Under the pieces are notes generated by a model. The model was not told where the DNA came from and searched no databases. It worked only from the letters and a program-made list of their open reading frames with translations. Positions 11,673 through 24,981 of a stretch of DNA of 64,000 nt are shown here, piece after piece (position 1 is the first letter of the stretch; each line of letters starts with the position of its first letter). The stretch lies in contig NC_043024.1 in assembly GCF_006345805.1 (NCBI RefSeq), positions 62,001 to 126,000 on the forward strand. The letters run 5' to 3'. Made by a program: the position numbers and the translations under genes. The stretch comes from Octopus sinensis. Taxonomy: Eukaryota.

Positions 11673-13405
11673 ATTTTTTTTTATTGCCCACAATGTGCCA
11701 ATCATAGACGGGGACAATATAAATACACAGAGGGGTCGCGAATAATTATTACATTAAGATAAAGATATCATAAAAAATTTATGACATAAAACGGATGAAA
11801 ACGCAAAACAATGGGACAATACAATGGAGTGGGGGCCGGGTACAGCTTTGGCCCCGCAAACCCCGGTGCTCCCTTGAAGCTTTGCCTTACTTCCATGGTT
11901 TACAATCAAGAGGAGTCAGCCATTGTCAACTTTCGCGCCACATCCTTCCATCTTTTTCCATATATATCACGCGACATACACTTCCTCTCCCGTCTTATTT
12001 TCCTTTTAAGAGGGAAAATAAAAAAGCTCGCTAGAGCGAGACCGGAGATGGAGGTGCCTGTTGCTACTCCTTTCATTCTTGTCTTCCAAACCACCTCTTT
12101 TGCTATAGCAACCACAGCGAGAAAACAAACTTTTCCTTCTCGATTTAAGGAAGAAGATGGAACAATCTTAATGATTGACTCGGAGGACAGATGTACTCCT
12201 CCTAGACATGACAGCAGCTGTTCGATGTAAACCCACAGTTCCGATATTCTCGAACACTGCACAATCGCGTGCAGAACGTTTCGTCGTTCTGTTCGCACCT
12301 TGGGCACGTGGGCAGGCAATAATCACCATGCCTTGCGAGTTTATCTCGAATTGGTAAAACCCCTCGGTAACATTGCCAGGCCAGAGGCTTTTGGAAATTA
12401 TCCAAAGGCCCCGGCCCGAATGTCGGAACAGGCTGGCGAGTTAAGTAACGTCGAGGCCCAGAGGACGTCGTCGCACTTGCCCCCTACCAACCCTCTATAA
12501 AAGAACCTGGTGGAATCCCCGCTGCTGGCATTACCCGTGTGAGAGAGGAGCACGAGAGTCTGACGGCACTCGGCTTACCATTCTCCCAACCTTGGTCTTT
12601 GCTTGATCCACGTTTCCAGTTCACCGAAACTAGTAAACCTGGGAGGCATCAGTTTAACGAACGGAGACCATACCCGTTCACCATCAAGATAGAGCCATAG
12701 ATGCCTCAGCCTCAGCACATGTCTGCGCATCAACAGCTAAGAAATCCATAGCCCTCCCTTTAGCGGCTGTTGTCATCAGATAGAGCGCCTTACAAGCGGA
12801 CTTGTACCCTTCCACAAAAAGCGGAAGAGCAAGCGCTTTAGCTTGCTTATCCGCAAAGCGGGGAAAGGCACGACCGTCAGGCGGTAGGTGATCACAGATG
12901 CGATAAACACATTTGCGACCTCCGCCTTCCCTTTCAGAAATAGCCACCGCTCAGACCAGGTCCGAGTTAGGAGGGTCACCCTACTCGCCACCACACTCCA
13001 ATTCTTCTCTATCTGGAGGTCCGTCCAAACAAGACCCGTAGCATTTTAACCAGTCCCACCGTCCAACGTCCGACGACGCTGTTGGGTGACACCGACTTGC
13101 TCCTCCATGTGCCGAGTTGCAAGCCGACTGATTTATCCCGTTTAATTTTTGCGCCTGAAGCCGCTTCGTAATCCTTAATGGCTGCACCTAACCTCTGTAT
13201 GTGGTCCACCTCGGATACGATGATGGTGATGTCATCCGCAAAGGTAGAAACCAACTTTGCGTACCCTAGATCATGCGGGATGTCCCTCATCCCCCCCAAT
13301 TTCCGCAGCGAAGGCTCCAGAACCAACACATACAGAAGTGGGGAGAGGGATAACCCTTGACATACCGAGCGCTTGATTCAGAACGGTTTCGCTCGAATGA
13401 TCGAA
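11673..13405 (-). mobile_element. 5'-truncated L1/Tx1-clade LINE (RT C-terminal half, CCHC finger, 3'UTR, A-tail)
   Basis: QGxxLSPLLYVLVLEP, FADD, GAKI..KS, RLLFRFLWKG and CPRC...ETVLHAIVQC, with frameshifts. Ends GGGCAATA plus an A-run at 11674-11682. Confidence 0.9.
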
Positions 13406-13416
13406 AATATATATAT

Positions 13417-13448
<32 letters not shown>

Positions 13449-13517
13449 TATATTATATATATATATATACATAAATATTTATACATACATACATACATGC
13501 ATACATACATACATACA

Positions 13518-13562
<45 letters not shown>

Positions 13563-13819
13563 AACACATACGCACAACACAAACATACGGACACATATAG
13601 AATACATGGTCCAACTTTTTGAGTGATTTGGCTGCTATTTCCCATTTAGTGAGTCGACCGACTACATCGATGTTTCACCAGATATAAATAAATTCGTTTA
13701 ATATAGAACGATGATTCAATTATGCTGCGTTCGTACTATTCCATGGGAAGAATTTAATATGAAGAATGGCCAATATCGCGGATATTATTGGAAATACTAC
13801 GTTCATAAAGCCACACATC

Positions 13820-13846
13820 AATAGACATATATACATATATATATAA

Positions 13847-13897
<51 letters not shown>

Positions 13898-14051
13898 TAT
13901 TATATGTATATGTATATATGTATATATTGTGTATATATATATGTATATGTATATATGTATATATGTATATGTATATATATATACATACATATATATATAT
14001 GTATATAATATATATATACATACATATATATATGTATATATATATATATAC

Positions 14052-14099
<48 letters not shown>

Positions 14100-14146
14100 A
14101 ATACATTATATATACATATATGTATATACATATATATACATATATA

Positions 14147-14208
<62 letters not shown>

Positions 14209-14287
14209 TATATATATACATATACATATACATACAGATATGTACATATATGTATATACATACATACAGATGTATATAAATATGCTG

Positions 14288-14322
<35 letters not shown>

Positions 14323-14335
14323 CGCCTACACACAC
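13820..14335. repeat. (TA)n-rich compound microsatellite
   Basis: Directly visible; one of many such tracts in the window. Confidence 0.95.
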
Positions 14336-15164
14336 ACATATACACCTGCATACACACACGTGCACGCGTGTCAGAGAGATAATCGCATACAGATGCACAT
14401 AAGCTTTCACACACAAATACATACCCATTCACGGATACACAAATACAATCGTTCCCGCTCCCCCCCCCCCGCCCGCGCGCTCACTTCCAGCTCCAATTGT
14501 CATTTTGGAATCTAATTATCTACAAATATTCCTTCTCCAAAGATCATAGTTACGGCACCACCAATCTCTTGGATATCGATATTCTGTCAATAGTTTTGGA
14601 AACAGATCTCATTATGTTTTATAACCGCTATCGATTATTTGTTTTTAGCAAAACACACACTACACACACACACACACACACACAGACACACACATAAACT
14701 CATACACGTGCATGCACCCGCATGTATATACATATATACACACTCAGAGACTTTGTTAAGAAGAAAAAAACAATTAAACAATTGTTTCGCATCAAAACAT
14801 TCACTCTTTTATGAACAATTAAGAATGAAATTAAATTTTCTCCTTCCTGCTCTCTCTCCTTCTCTATCTCTCAATCTAGATCTATTTCTGTTTATCTGTT
14901 TGTGTATGTCTCTATCTCTTCCTGGCTCCCTTTGGCTCTTCATCTGTCTGTCTGTTTATTTGTGCCTCTCCCCACCTCTCTCTCTCTCTCTCACTCCGTC
15001 TTTCTTTTTTATCTCTTTCTCTTTTTCTGTCTGTCTGTCTTTCCCTCTTTTTCTTCATCTTTCTTTTTCTCTCTTTTTCTTTCTATGTATCTCTGTATCT
15101 AGCCATCTCTCTTCCCCTTTCTGTCTGTTTTCTCTCTCTTCCTCTCTCTCTCCTCTCCTCTCTC

Positions 15165-15222
<58 letters not shown>

Positions 15223-15232
15223 AATATAATAT

Positions 15233-15273
<41 letters not shown>

Positions 15274-15739
15274 GAAGAGAGAGAAAACAGACAGAAAGGG
15301 GAAGAGAGATGGCTAGAGATACAGAGAAAGAAAAAGAGAGAAAAAGAAAGATGAAGAAAAAGAGGGAAAGACAGACAGACAGAAAAAGGGAAAGACTGAT
15401 ATATATATATATATATATATACATCAGTCTTTCTCAGTCATTTTGTCTCACTTTGCATTTACGTATATATATATATATATATATCTACCATTTACTCTAT
15501 CTCTCTGTCTGTCTCTTTTCCTGTTTCTCCCGACCTCTCTCCATGTCTCTATATCTGTATCTATCTCTCCCCCCTTTCACTCTCCTTCTCTCTATATCTC
15601 TATCTCATCTTGTTCCTTTCTATTTCCTCTCTTTCTCCCACACACTTTATACCTTTTCATATCTCCATTTCTCTCCTTCTGAAAAGAAAAAATAAATGTC
15701 CGTGCATAACGGTATCATCCTTCCTGGGAGCTTTTAAAT

Positions 15740-16420
15740 TACTCTTTTAAGCTTCCAATTACTCATAAGTCCTTTTATTCCAATAGCTTCCTTCCCCGAA
15801 CAGCTGCTCTCTGGAATTCAGTCTCATCATCTTGTTTTCGAAATATATAATCGAGTTCAACATGGTGTGCCTTCTTCTTTCTTCTAGGTTAGAATCTTTG
15901 GTGCATCGTCAAAAATGTATCTTAGTTGTGTCTTTTCTATAATTATTTCCCTTGTCATAGCTCTCCTTTCTCGAGACCTTTAAATGTATCACATGCTTCT
16001 CAGGCTCATCGTTTCTCTGTCGAGCTTCCTGTTAGTTATAGGTCCTTTTATTCCGTTAGCTTCTTTCCTCCAACTACTGCTCTCTGGAATTCACTACCAT
16101 CGTCTTGTTTTCGGATTCAGAATCGAAATGTTAACACATGCAGTCACTTCTTTCTACTGTGTTGGATTCTTTGGATCATCATCGAAATGTATCATCGTAG
16201 TAACTTTCCTAAAATAAGCATTTCAGTGTTCATTGCTCTGACGAATTTCTCTTCTAAATCCTTCATCAAAATCTTTAAATGTATCACCCGCTTCTCTTCT
16301 TGGGTGCAAAGTTTCTTTGGCGAGCTTTCTGTTAGTCAAAAGTTCATTTATTTTAATAACCTCTTTCTTCGAACTGCTGCACTCTAGAACTTACTTCCAT
16401 CGTCTTAATTTCCTCTTTTC
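15740..16420 (+). repeat. Three degenerate ~270-300 bp tandem units derived from a CR1/Jockey-group LINE C-terminus
   Basis: ttttattcc..agcttc..ctgctctctggaattca..cgtcttgttttc recurs at about 15775, 16045 and 16345. The middle unit reads YSVSFFPPTTALWNSLPSSCF. Confidence 0.55.
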
Positions 16421-16859
16421 TAAGAGATTCAGTCCTTTAAGCTTTCTGCTAAATCAACTCCTTTGGGGTTTGTAGGCCACTGTCTTTTCCTTCTTTTTTT
16501 TTTTAGTCTCTCACGCTACAGTCGTTTCAAGCCCTTTTGGGGACAAAACCGTATATATAAAAAACAAATCTGGACTAATTTTTCCAAGTCACCCTACCGA
16601 ATTTTCCGAGGCCTTGCCGGCTTTCGAAAACCATGCTGATTTTCGGAGACACGAAAATATAAGATGTCCTTTACATTGAACCCAACTGAACATGCATTTA
16701 CATGGTTAATGTTTCCTTGCATTTCTTAGAAAGGTTACTCATAAAAACCTCTGAGTTTCTTGAAAATAGTTAAGGAAAAATACCACAAGCCTTTTAATAA
16801 CAACTCGCTTGAGATCTATTTTGCCTTTGAATCCCCAATCGCGAAGGAGATAAAAAAGA

Positions 16860-18535
16860 AAAGCAAAGTAGATCTCGGCGAATTTTTAATTCAGAACGTA
16901 AAACCAGAGGCAATCCTGAAAAGACGAAAGAAATGTCAGCATTGCTAGCGATTCTGCCAGCTCGCCGCCTTTTTCATAATCCCTTTTACTAAAGCCACAA
17001 GGCTTGAAATTTTGGGGGAGGGGCTAATCGATTATATCAACTACAGTACGAAAATGGCACTTATTTCATCGACCCCCGAAGGGGAGAAAGGCAAAGTCGA
17101 CTTTGGCAGAATTTGAACTCAGAACATAAAGACAGACAAAACGTCGCTAAGTATTTTTCCGCGTTGTGCTAACGATTCTGCCCACTCACCGCTTTCCAAA
17201 AACAAGCAAAATAATGGTATATATACCGTTCTAAATTTTTCCTTACTTTAAGAATTAATTAAAAGCATAGGCTGTATATTTCAACAGAAATATGGTAACA
17301 GAAGTGTTAATAAGAATTTAGCTTTATATCGTTTATTACAATTCGAATTTGCCTGGATATTGGATATGTATAGATTTATAGGACCTATATTGTCACATTG
17401 ATATCATTAAAGAGACGTCAGGCAATGAGTTGGCAGAATCCTTTGCACGCCGGATAAAACGTGTAGCGGCATTTCGTCCGTGTTTACGACTGGGGTCAAT
17501 GTAATCGGCTTACCTCCTCCGCCAATATTGCTGGCCTTGTGCTAAAATTTGAAACCAATAATATTTTAGAATCCAAGGCGGCGAGTTGGGAAAGGCATTA
17601 GCACACCGAGACTTTGCCTTTCATCCTTTCGGGGTCGATAAAATAAGTACCAACTGAACACTGGTGTCGATGTAATCGACTTACCTTCTCCATCGATTTT
17701 ACTGGCCTTGTGCCAAAATTTGAAAGAATCTAAGGTGGTGAGTTTGCAGAATCATTACCACACCGAACAAAATGCTTAGAGCCATTTCGCCCGTCTTTAG
17801 ATTCTATGTTCGAATTCTACCGAAATCGACTTTGCCTTTCATCATTTCGGGGTCGATAAAACAAGTAGGAATTGAGCACCGGCTTCGATGTAATAGATTT
17901 AACCCTCCCACGAACTTACTGGTCTTGTGCCAATATTTAAAATCGGTATTATTTAAGAATCCGTTGAAACGTTTATGGCGACGAAAAAGCAACAGCTACA
18001 CGTATAACAAAATGTCTCGTGACATTTAATTTCATAATTTATACATCTTCATTTTTGGGGAATCGAAAATACAAAGTATTAGGCGTGAATGGTGGCATCT
18101 GAACCTTCGCCAAACATACATGGATTAGTTTCCCATGAGTATTATCTGAAATCAGCAAAATACTGGAGAAATTCAGCTAAATTAAAGGGGCATTCTAATA
18201 TAAACAAACAAAATTGTTTCGGCTTTAGAATAATTTTTATTTCTTTATTGCCCACAAGGGGTAAACATAGAGGAGGACAAACAAGGACAGACAAGCGGAT
18301 TAAGTCGATTATATCGACCCCCAGTGCGTAACTGGTACTTATTTAATCGACCCCGAAAGGATGAAAGGCAAAGTCGACCTCGGTGGAATTTGAACTCAAA
18401 ACGTAGCCTCAGGCACGTGATTGTCTTTCATCCTTTCGAGATCAATAAAATAAAGTACCAGATACGTACTGTACTCGATAGTATTGGCTAATCCCTTCTC
18501 CTAACATTGCTGGCCTTGTGCCAAAATCTAAAACC
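16860..18535. mobile_element. Cluster of about 7 tRNA-derived SINE copies with a Meta-like central domain
   Basis: Repeated gcctttcatcctttcggggtcgataaaataagtacc and ttgtgccaaaatttgaaa on both strands. The Meta-domain label is from memory. Confidence 0.85.
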
Positions 18536-18766
18536 GTGATATTGGCATGTGGGCCTGGAGGTTAAGATGTCAGGCTCGAAGTCATACGACCGCGAGTCCG
18601 ATTCCTAGATAAGGTGGTGCATTGTACTTTAAACTACATATTAGTTTCACGCTGACCGAATATAAATCTTTGTGAATCGGGGAGGAGGGAGAAAAAGATG
18701 CCAGTGTATATCGTAAAAGCATAGGACATGCTGTCGGCCTCACTTGTGAAGAGTAAGTATACAGTA

Positions 18767-18818
<52 letters not shown>

Positions 18819-19131
18819 CATGCGTGCGTGCGTGCGTGTGTGTATGTATATATATATATATATATAACGTGTATACGTCTGAGTATTTTTTTTGCCTATC
18901 TGTGTGTGATAATTACATATACACTACTCATATACATGCATATATATGCATCTACATACATGCACACATCCATTCACGCATACATATATGTATGTATATA
19001 TATATGCATATATATATATATATATGCATACACGTACACATACATATATATACGTATGTATAGATGTATGTATAGATGTATGTATAGATGTATGTATATA
19101 AGTATATATATATAATATATATATATTCATG

Positions 19132-19205
<74 letters not shown>

Positions 19206-19214
19206 TGTATACAT

Positions 19215-19261
<47 letters not shown>

Positions 19262-19766
19262 TACATATGTATATACGTATATCGATCCACGGTTAGTGCG
19301 TTTAATGGTTTATTTCATTCCATTTATTCTGTTTATTCGTTATTTACTGCCTCTTCTTGTTGTGTTTATTCTATTCATGTTCGTTTATTGCTTTCCATTC
19401 TTCCACTCCTCAAAATCTCCTAAAACGCCAAACCATACATCATCTCGGCGTCCGTCTTTGATTTATTGCTCTATGAAATTTTTCCTTATATTAAAAATTC
19501 TTTGTTAATCTCCTCCCAATTTTCCAAACAAATTTTAATTATGTTGCCCATCAGATATATATATATACAATAACTCCATTAATCTTCATAACAGGCCACA
19601 TTTGTTATCTTTCGAATTAATTTCTAAATAACTTTGGATATCATATACCTTATATAATATGTAATATATAATACATGATGTATTATATTCTTTACACTTT
19701 TGCTTGTTCAGATGATTTGACGACGACGACGACGACCGTGCTGGGAAACCGTTTAGAATAATTTTC

Positions 19767-20394
19767 ATTTCTTTATTGCCCACAGGGGGCTAAACATAGA
19801 GGAGACAAACAAGGACAGACAAAGGGATTAAGTCGATTACATCGACCCCAGTGCGTATCTGGTACTTATTTAATCGACCCCGAAAGGATGAAAGGCAAAG
19901 TCGACCTCGGTGGAATTTGAACTCAGACGAAATACCTATTTCCTTACTACCCACAAGGGGTTAAACACAGAGAGGACAAACAAGGGCAGACACACGGATT
20001 AAGTCGATTATATCGACCCCAGTGTTTCACTGGTACTTAATTTATCGACCCCGAAAGGATGAAAGGCAAAGTCGACCTCGGCCTTTCAACCTTCGGGGTC
20101 GATCAAATAAGTACCAGTTACGCACTGGGGTCGATATAATCGACTTAATCCCTTTGTCTGTCCTTGTTTGTCCTCTCTGTGTTTAGCCCCTTGTGGGTAG
20201 TAAAGAAATAGGAAATTTCGTCTGCTGTTACGTTCTGAGTTCAAATTCCGCTGAGGTCGACTTTGCCTTTCATCCTTTCGGGGTCCATAAATTAAGTACC
20301 AGTTACGCACTGGGGTCGATGTAATCGACTTAATCCTTTTGTATGTCCTTGTTTGTCCCCTCTATGTTTAGCCCCCTGTGGGCAATAAAGAAAT
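19767..20394. mobile_element. Palindromic array of four tail-B SINE units (two minus, two plus), centre near 20082
   Basis: The halves are imperfect reverse complements. Outer units end GGGCAATAAAGAAAT and inner units end GGGTAGTAA(A/G)GAAATA. Confidence 0.85.
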
Positions 20395-20794
20395 ATATAT
20401 TTATTTAGACATTTGACATGCTTAGAGTGACGACCGTTTCGCACCCTTTTTCATGTAGGGATAATTATGGTATGGAATAAATTATACTTACATTATTAAA
20501 TATATATGTATGTTCTGCATTATATATGCGAATAAATAAGGCTAGCTCCTCAGATCTCCAGGATATCATACTTATACACACACATAAATTCATGTATGTA
20601 TATATGTACACACAGATATATATAATATATATAATACATACGCACAAACACAAACACACACACACATATATGTATATAGAAAGATAGGTAGAGAGAAAGA
20701 GAAAGAGAGAGGGTGAGGCGGAGAGAGAGAAATAGATAGCTAGAGGAAACGATGTTTCCACACTAAAGTCCCTTCACTGATGTAACCAGTCATT

Positions 20795-21150
20795 GGGGTG
20801 TCACTCTAGACGTTTTTCCAGCCAACCGTCGAACCGTTCTCCCAACCGTTTTTCCAGCGGACCGTCGAACCTTGCTCCTTCAGACTACCATTTGTTTCGT
20901 AGTTTACAGAATCATTTGGGAGACATAACTTTCGCAAGCCAGGAGGAGGTCGAAACGGACATTTCAGAGTTCTTCGCTTTGAAACCAAAAGAGTTTTACA
21001 TTGATGGGAGTAAAAAGCATGTAAATAGATGGAAGGAAGTCATAGATCATCAGGGAAAGTACATTGATGATTAAATTTCAATTAAATATAACATTTGATC
21101 ACTTATTTTCTTTATTCAAAATTCAGACAGAACTTATGGGATGACCTGAT
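20795..21150 (+). mobile_element. Mariner transposase 3' fragment with right TIR
   Basis: LAPSDYHLFRSLQNHL...RWKEVIDHQGKYIDD-stop, then a TIR-like acagaacttatgggatgacctga followed by TA. Confidence 0.85.
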
Positions 21151-21959
21151 ATATATAAATGAAAGCTCATTAGAAACTATCTTGTTTAGCGTGCTAGAAA
21201 TAGCAGCGATCATTATTATAAGCTTATAGCGTTCCAAGTAGCCATATCAACAAAATCACTTCTTTGAAAAATAGAAAAAAAATTATACCGCTATATTAAA
21301 GAATTTTCATTTTATCAAAAATATTTATTTAGCAAACTCCGGAAACTGAAAATAGTCTGGAATTTGTGCCTCGTGTCAAAATTATACAGCTATTTTGTGT
21401 AATATCATGTATTCATTCAACGCAAAATCACCTAAAAATGATACCAGTATATTAAAAAAATGCTAATTTTATCAAAAATATTCATTTAACAAGCTCCGGA
21501 AACTGCTAATATTCATGAAATTGTGTCTCGTATCAAAGTTATATAGCCATTATTAAATTATCATTAATGAAAATAGAGGCGAGCGAGAATGAGAGACTGT
21601 TGCAAATAAAAAACGTAAAATGTTGCCTGCAACGAATTAATACTGTTTATTATTAAACATTAAAATGTACTCCGCAGTGAATGCAATGAATATTTAAATT
21701 CATGAAGAATTGAACGCAGTGGATGTAATGGATATTTAAGTTTGCGAGAATTTGGAGCTAAAAAAATTCAATAAACTTGAGAAATCGAAACTAAGTGCAA
21801 TTTCTTAGAACATGAATTTATAAAACTATTTCCAGACAGTCAATTTTTTAATAATTGCTTTCTTTTAGTACTTTTAATAATTGTAACATACTTAATTAAC
21901 AAGCAGCTTTCTCCGTTATCGTATAGATTATTATTATTATTATTAAGGCAGCGAGCTGC

Positions 21960-22265
21960 CTTATATTGGTCGGAAATTTCCAACTACATTCCTTTGACTT
22001 GGGTCCTTCTGGCATAATACCGCTCTTCCTCTTGTCATCCAGGCCGGTACTTGAATGTCACTATTCAGTATTTCGTCCTGCTGTCTCGCAATTCTGTGCA
22101 GAGCTGTCAAGTTTTTAAGCCAAAAGCCATGAACCCTGTCTGGGCCAGGCGCTTTCCATTTAGGAATTTTCCTGCACTGATCTCTAATCATCTCTTCGGT
22201 TATTGTCAAATCCTCCGGCTGATACACTCCACTCTCCTCTTTTCAGTTTCGTGTTGTTTCTTCCG
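21960..22265 (-). mobile_element. R4/Dong RT-region fragment next to (ATT)n
   Basis: ITEEMIRDQCRKIPKWKAPGPDRVHGFWLK...GNFRPI, homologous to 36520-36760. Confidence 0.85.
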
Positions 22266-22323
22266 AGGCCATTATTATTTTTATTATTTAATATTATTTT
22301 TATTATTATTATTGTTATTATTA

Positions 22324-22385
<62 letters not shown>

Positions 22386-23269
22386 GAATGAAAGAGCAGA
22401 GCATGCCGTTTTATTCTGAGACAAAAACCACCTATATTAGTCTCACTTTTCCTGCTTCAAACATTATTATTCCGGTTTAAGAATTCGGAAATATTCTTCA
22501 CGATTGTACATTTTCAGTAACTCGCCCATCTCTTTGATTTCTCAAACACACACTAGTAATACCGAAAAAGAGGAAAAAGAGAGAATTCTTGTAACCAAGT
22601 TACTGTCTAAGAAGTATGGAATCGATAAATCTGAAGCTAAGGTGAAATCTTTTGGATAACATCATCACAGAATGATTCTTCAAGCGAACTAAGAACTTCC
22701 AACCTTTCTTTCGATTAAAATCGCCAAAATTTGATTCAAAATGACCTGCGACGTCACACGCAAAGTTGAAATGTATCAATGGAAATGTTATTAAATTTGT
22801 CTCGTCTTTGTCTTGGAGAAACAACAACAACAACAACAATAATAATAATGATGATGATTACAACAGTATTAATTTGTATATAGTAATGATAATAATGATG
22901 ATGGCGATAATGACGACGATGACGACGATGACGACGATGATGACGATGATGATGATGATGATGATGACGATGATGATGATGATGATGATGACGATGATGA
23001 TGATGATGACGATGATGGTGACGGTGATGATGATGATGATGATGATGATGACGATTATGATGATGGTGATGATGATGACGATTATGATGATGATGATGAT
23101 GATGATGATAATGATGACGACGACAACAGTGACAATAATACAAATAAAAGTATGCTACTGGGTTGGTGTCCAGCGTAGAATAGCTCAAACTTTTATGGGT
23201 AGAGAGGTCCTTTCAAGTGCTTTGAGACAAACAACCCTTCTAGAGATGGTGTCTCCATAGAAATACTTT

Positions 23270-23900
23270 GCTCTTCATGGGAGTAATGGATAAAAGGATT
23301 AAAACAAACAACGGCGTAAATGAGGACGGAACTAGAGGTGACGGGTTTCCCGTGGGTGAGCAGCACAGGCCTGGTCGTCATTATACAGCGCTGCCAGAAC
23401 AATATGGCGACTAAGATGGTGAATACAGCTGTCACAGGATAGTATTTTTTTAATGCATCTGTTAACGATGAAGAGGATGCCATAAGAGAATACAGAAAGA
23501 GGATGCCATGGCATTTGGATAGAAACGCAGGACTCAGATATTACGGAACAGAGACTCTGTGATCAGTTAAGGGCAACAAGGAGGAAAGGGTAGCTTAGAG
23601 TATTAGTGGTTGAGGAGATTAAGAAGAGGGTGACGGTCGAAAACGCAGGGAGTGTCGTAGAAGTGGCTACAGCAGAAGTTAACGAAGTTGTATTTAATTG
23701 AGATGCCGAGGAGAATTATACTGAGAATATAGCGCAGGAGTGGCTGTGTGGTAAGTAGCTTGCTTACCAACCACATGGCTTCGGATTCAGTCCCACTGCG
23801 TGGCACCTTGGGCTAGTGTCTTCTACTATAGCCTCGGGCCGACCAAAGCCTTGTGAGTGGATTTGGTAGACGGAAACTGAAAGAAGCCCGTCGTATATAT

Positions 23901-23961
<61 letters not shown>

Positions 23962-24720
23962 GTGTGTGTGCGTGTGTGTTTGTGTGTCTGTGTTTGTCCC
24001 CCTAGCATTGCTTGACAACCGATGCTGGTCACTTATGTCCCCGTCACTTAGCGGTTCGGCAAAAGAGACCGATAGAATAAGTACTGGGCTTACAAAGAAT
24101 AAGTCCCGGGGTCGAGTTGCTCGATTAAAGGCGGTGCTCCAGCATGGCTGCAGTCAAAATGACTGAAACAAGTAAAAAGAGAAAAAGAGAAAAAGGAGAT
24201 GAGGAGAGAGGAATAATCGAAGATATCACTTGAAGCATTAAGGAAAATCTGGACATGGAAGTAAATGGATTCAGGAAAGTAGTGAGAACTTTGCTCAAGA
24301 GATGGACCCAAAAGATAAATAGGATACCGAGAGAAATTAAGACAGATATTATAGCAGGAACGAATAGATTGAGTAAAGTTTGTTTCTTCTCTACAGGAAG
24401 GAAAATAGGACTTGGACCAAACCGTAAAAGAGGGAATGTAGAAAAAGTACCTTGGTGGAAAAGAAGGATAAAGCAATCAGTGAATGAACTACGAAATCAT
24501 ATCAACACCTTGGAAAGGAAGAAACAAGATGAAATCAGGAAGGAAATATATCAGGAACTGGAACGTAGGCATAGGATAAAAAAGTGGTGTCTAAATGTAG
24601 TTCTTGAAGAGCTGAAACAAAGACTGCAGGCTAAAGCTACGAAGATCAAGAGATGTGGCTAAAAAACTGAATAATATAAAATCAGCAGATTGTTCTAGTA
24701 GGATCACAAAAGCATAACTA
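23270..24720 (+). mobile_element. R4/Dong N-terminal region, split by a SINE at 23732-24190
   Basis: PGRH, EYRKRM and ITEQRLCDQLR before the SINE; VPWWKRRIKQ...LEELKQRLQAKATKIKR after it. Confidence 0.75.
23732..24190 (+). mobile_element. Full-length CORE-type tRNA-SINE (OR2-like) with internal TA/TG microsatellite
   Basis: A-box tggctgtgtggt, B-box-like ggattcagtcc, CORE-like ggcaccttgggctagtgtctt and tail acaagtaaaaagag. The family name is from memory. Confidence 0.85.
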
Positions 24721-24981
24721 CCCAGTTCGAAAAATATGTCGGAGAAACTGAAATTGACATAAAAAAACCTACTCCTACTCGGATAGCTAAGATTTTGAGA
24801 TTGGATCTTAGGTGGTTAGTATCTTCCATGAAACTTAAGGCCTAAGTACCAAGTCTTATAGCCTGTAAAAAGAGAACATGTGAGACATTTAACCACAGGA
24901 TGCTGTCCACTCTCACAAAATGAACCGAAGCAAGTAAAATCGAGAGCTCTGAGAAGTAAAATGCAAATAATAATGATAATG

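Noticed and set aside
13645-13680. GAAA-CATCGATG-TA palindrome on minus
   Set aside because: No CUGANGA-type core or matching stem I upstream.
23732-23810. tRNA genes at SINE heads (also 26940-27007 and 41965-42110)
   Set aside because: A and B boxes are present, but there is no complete cloverleaf and they run into SINE bodies.
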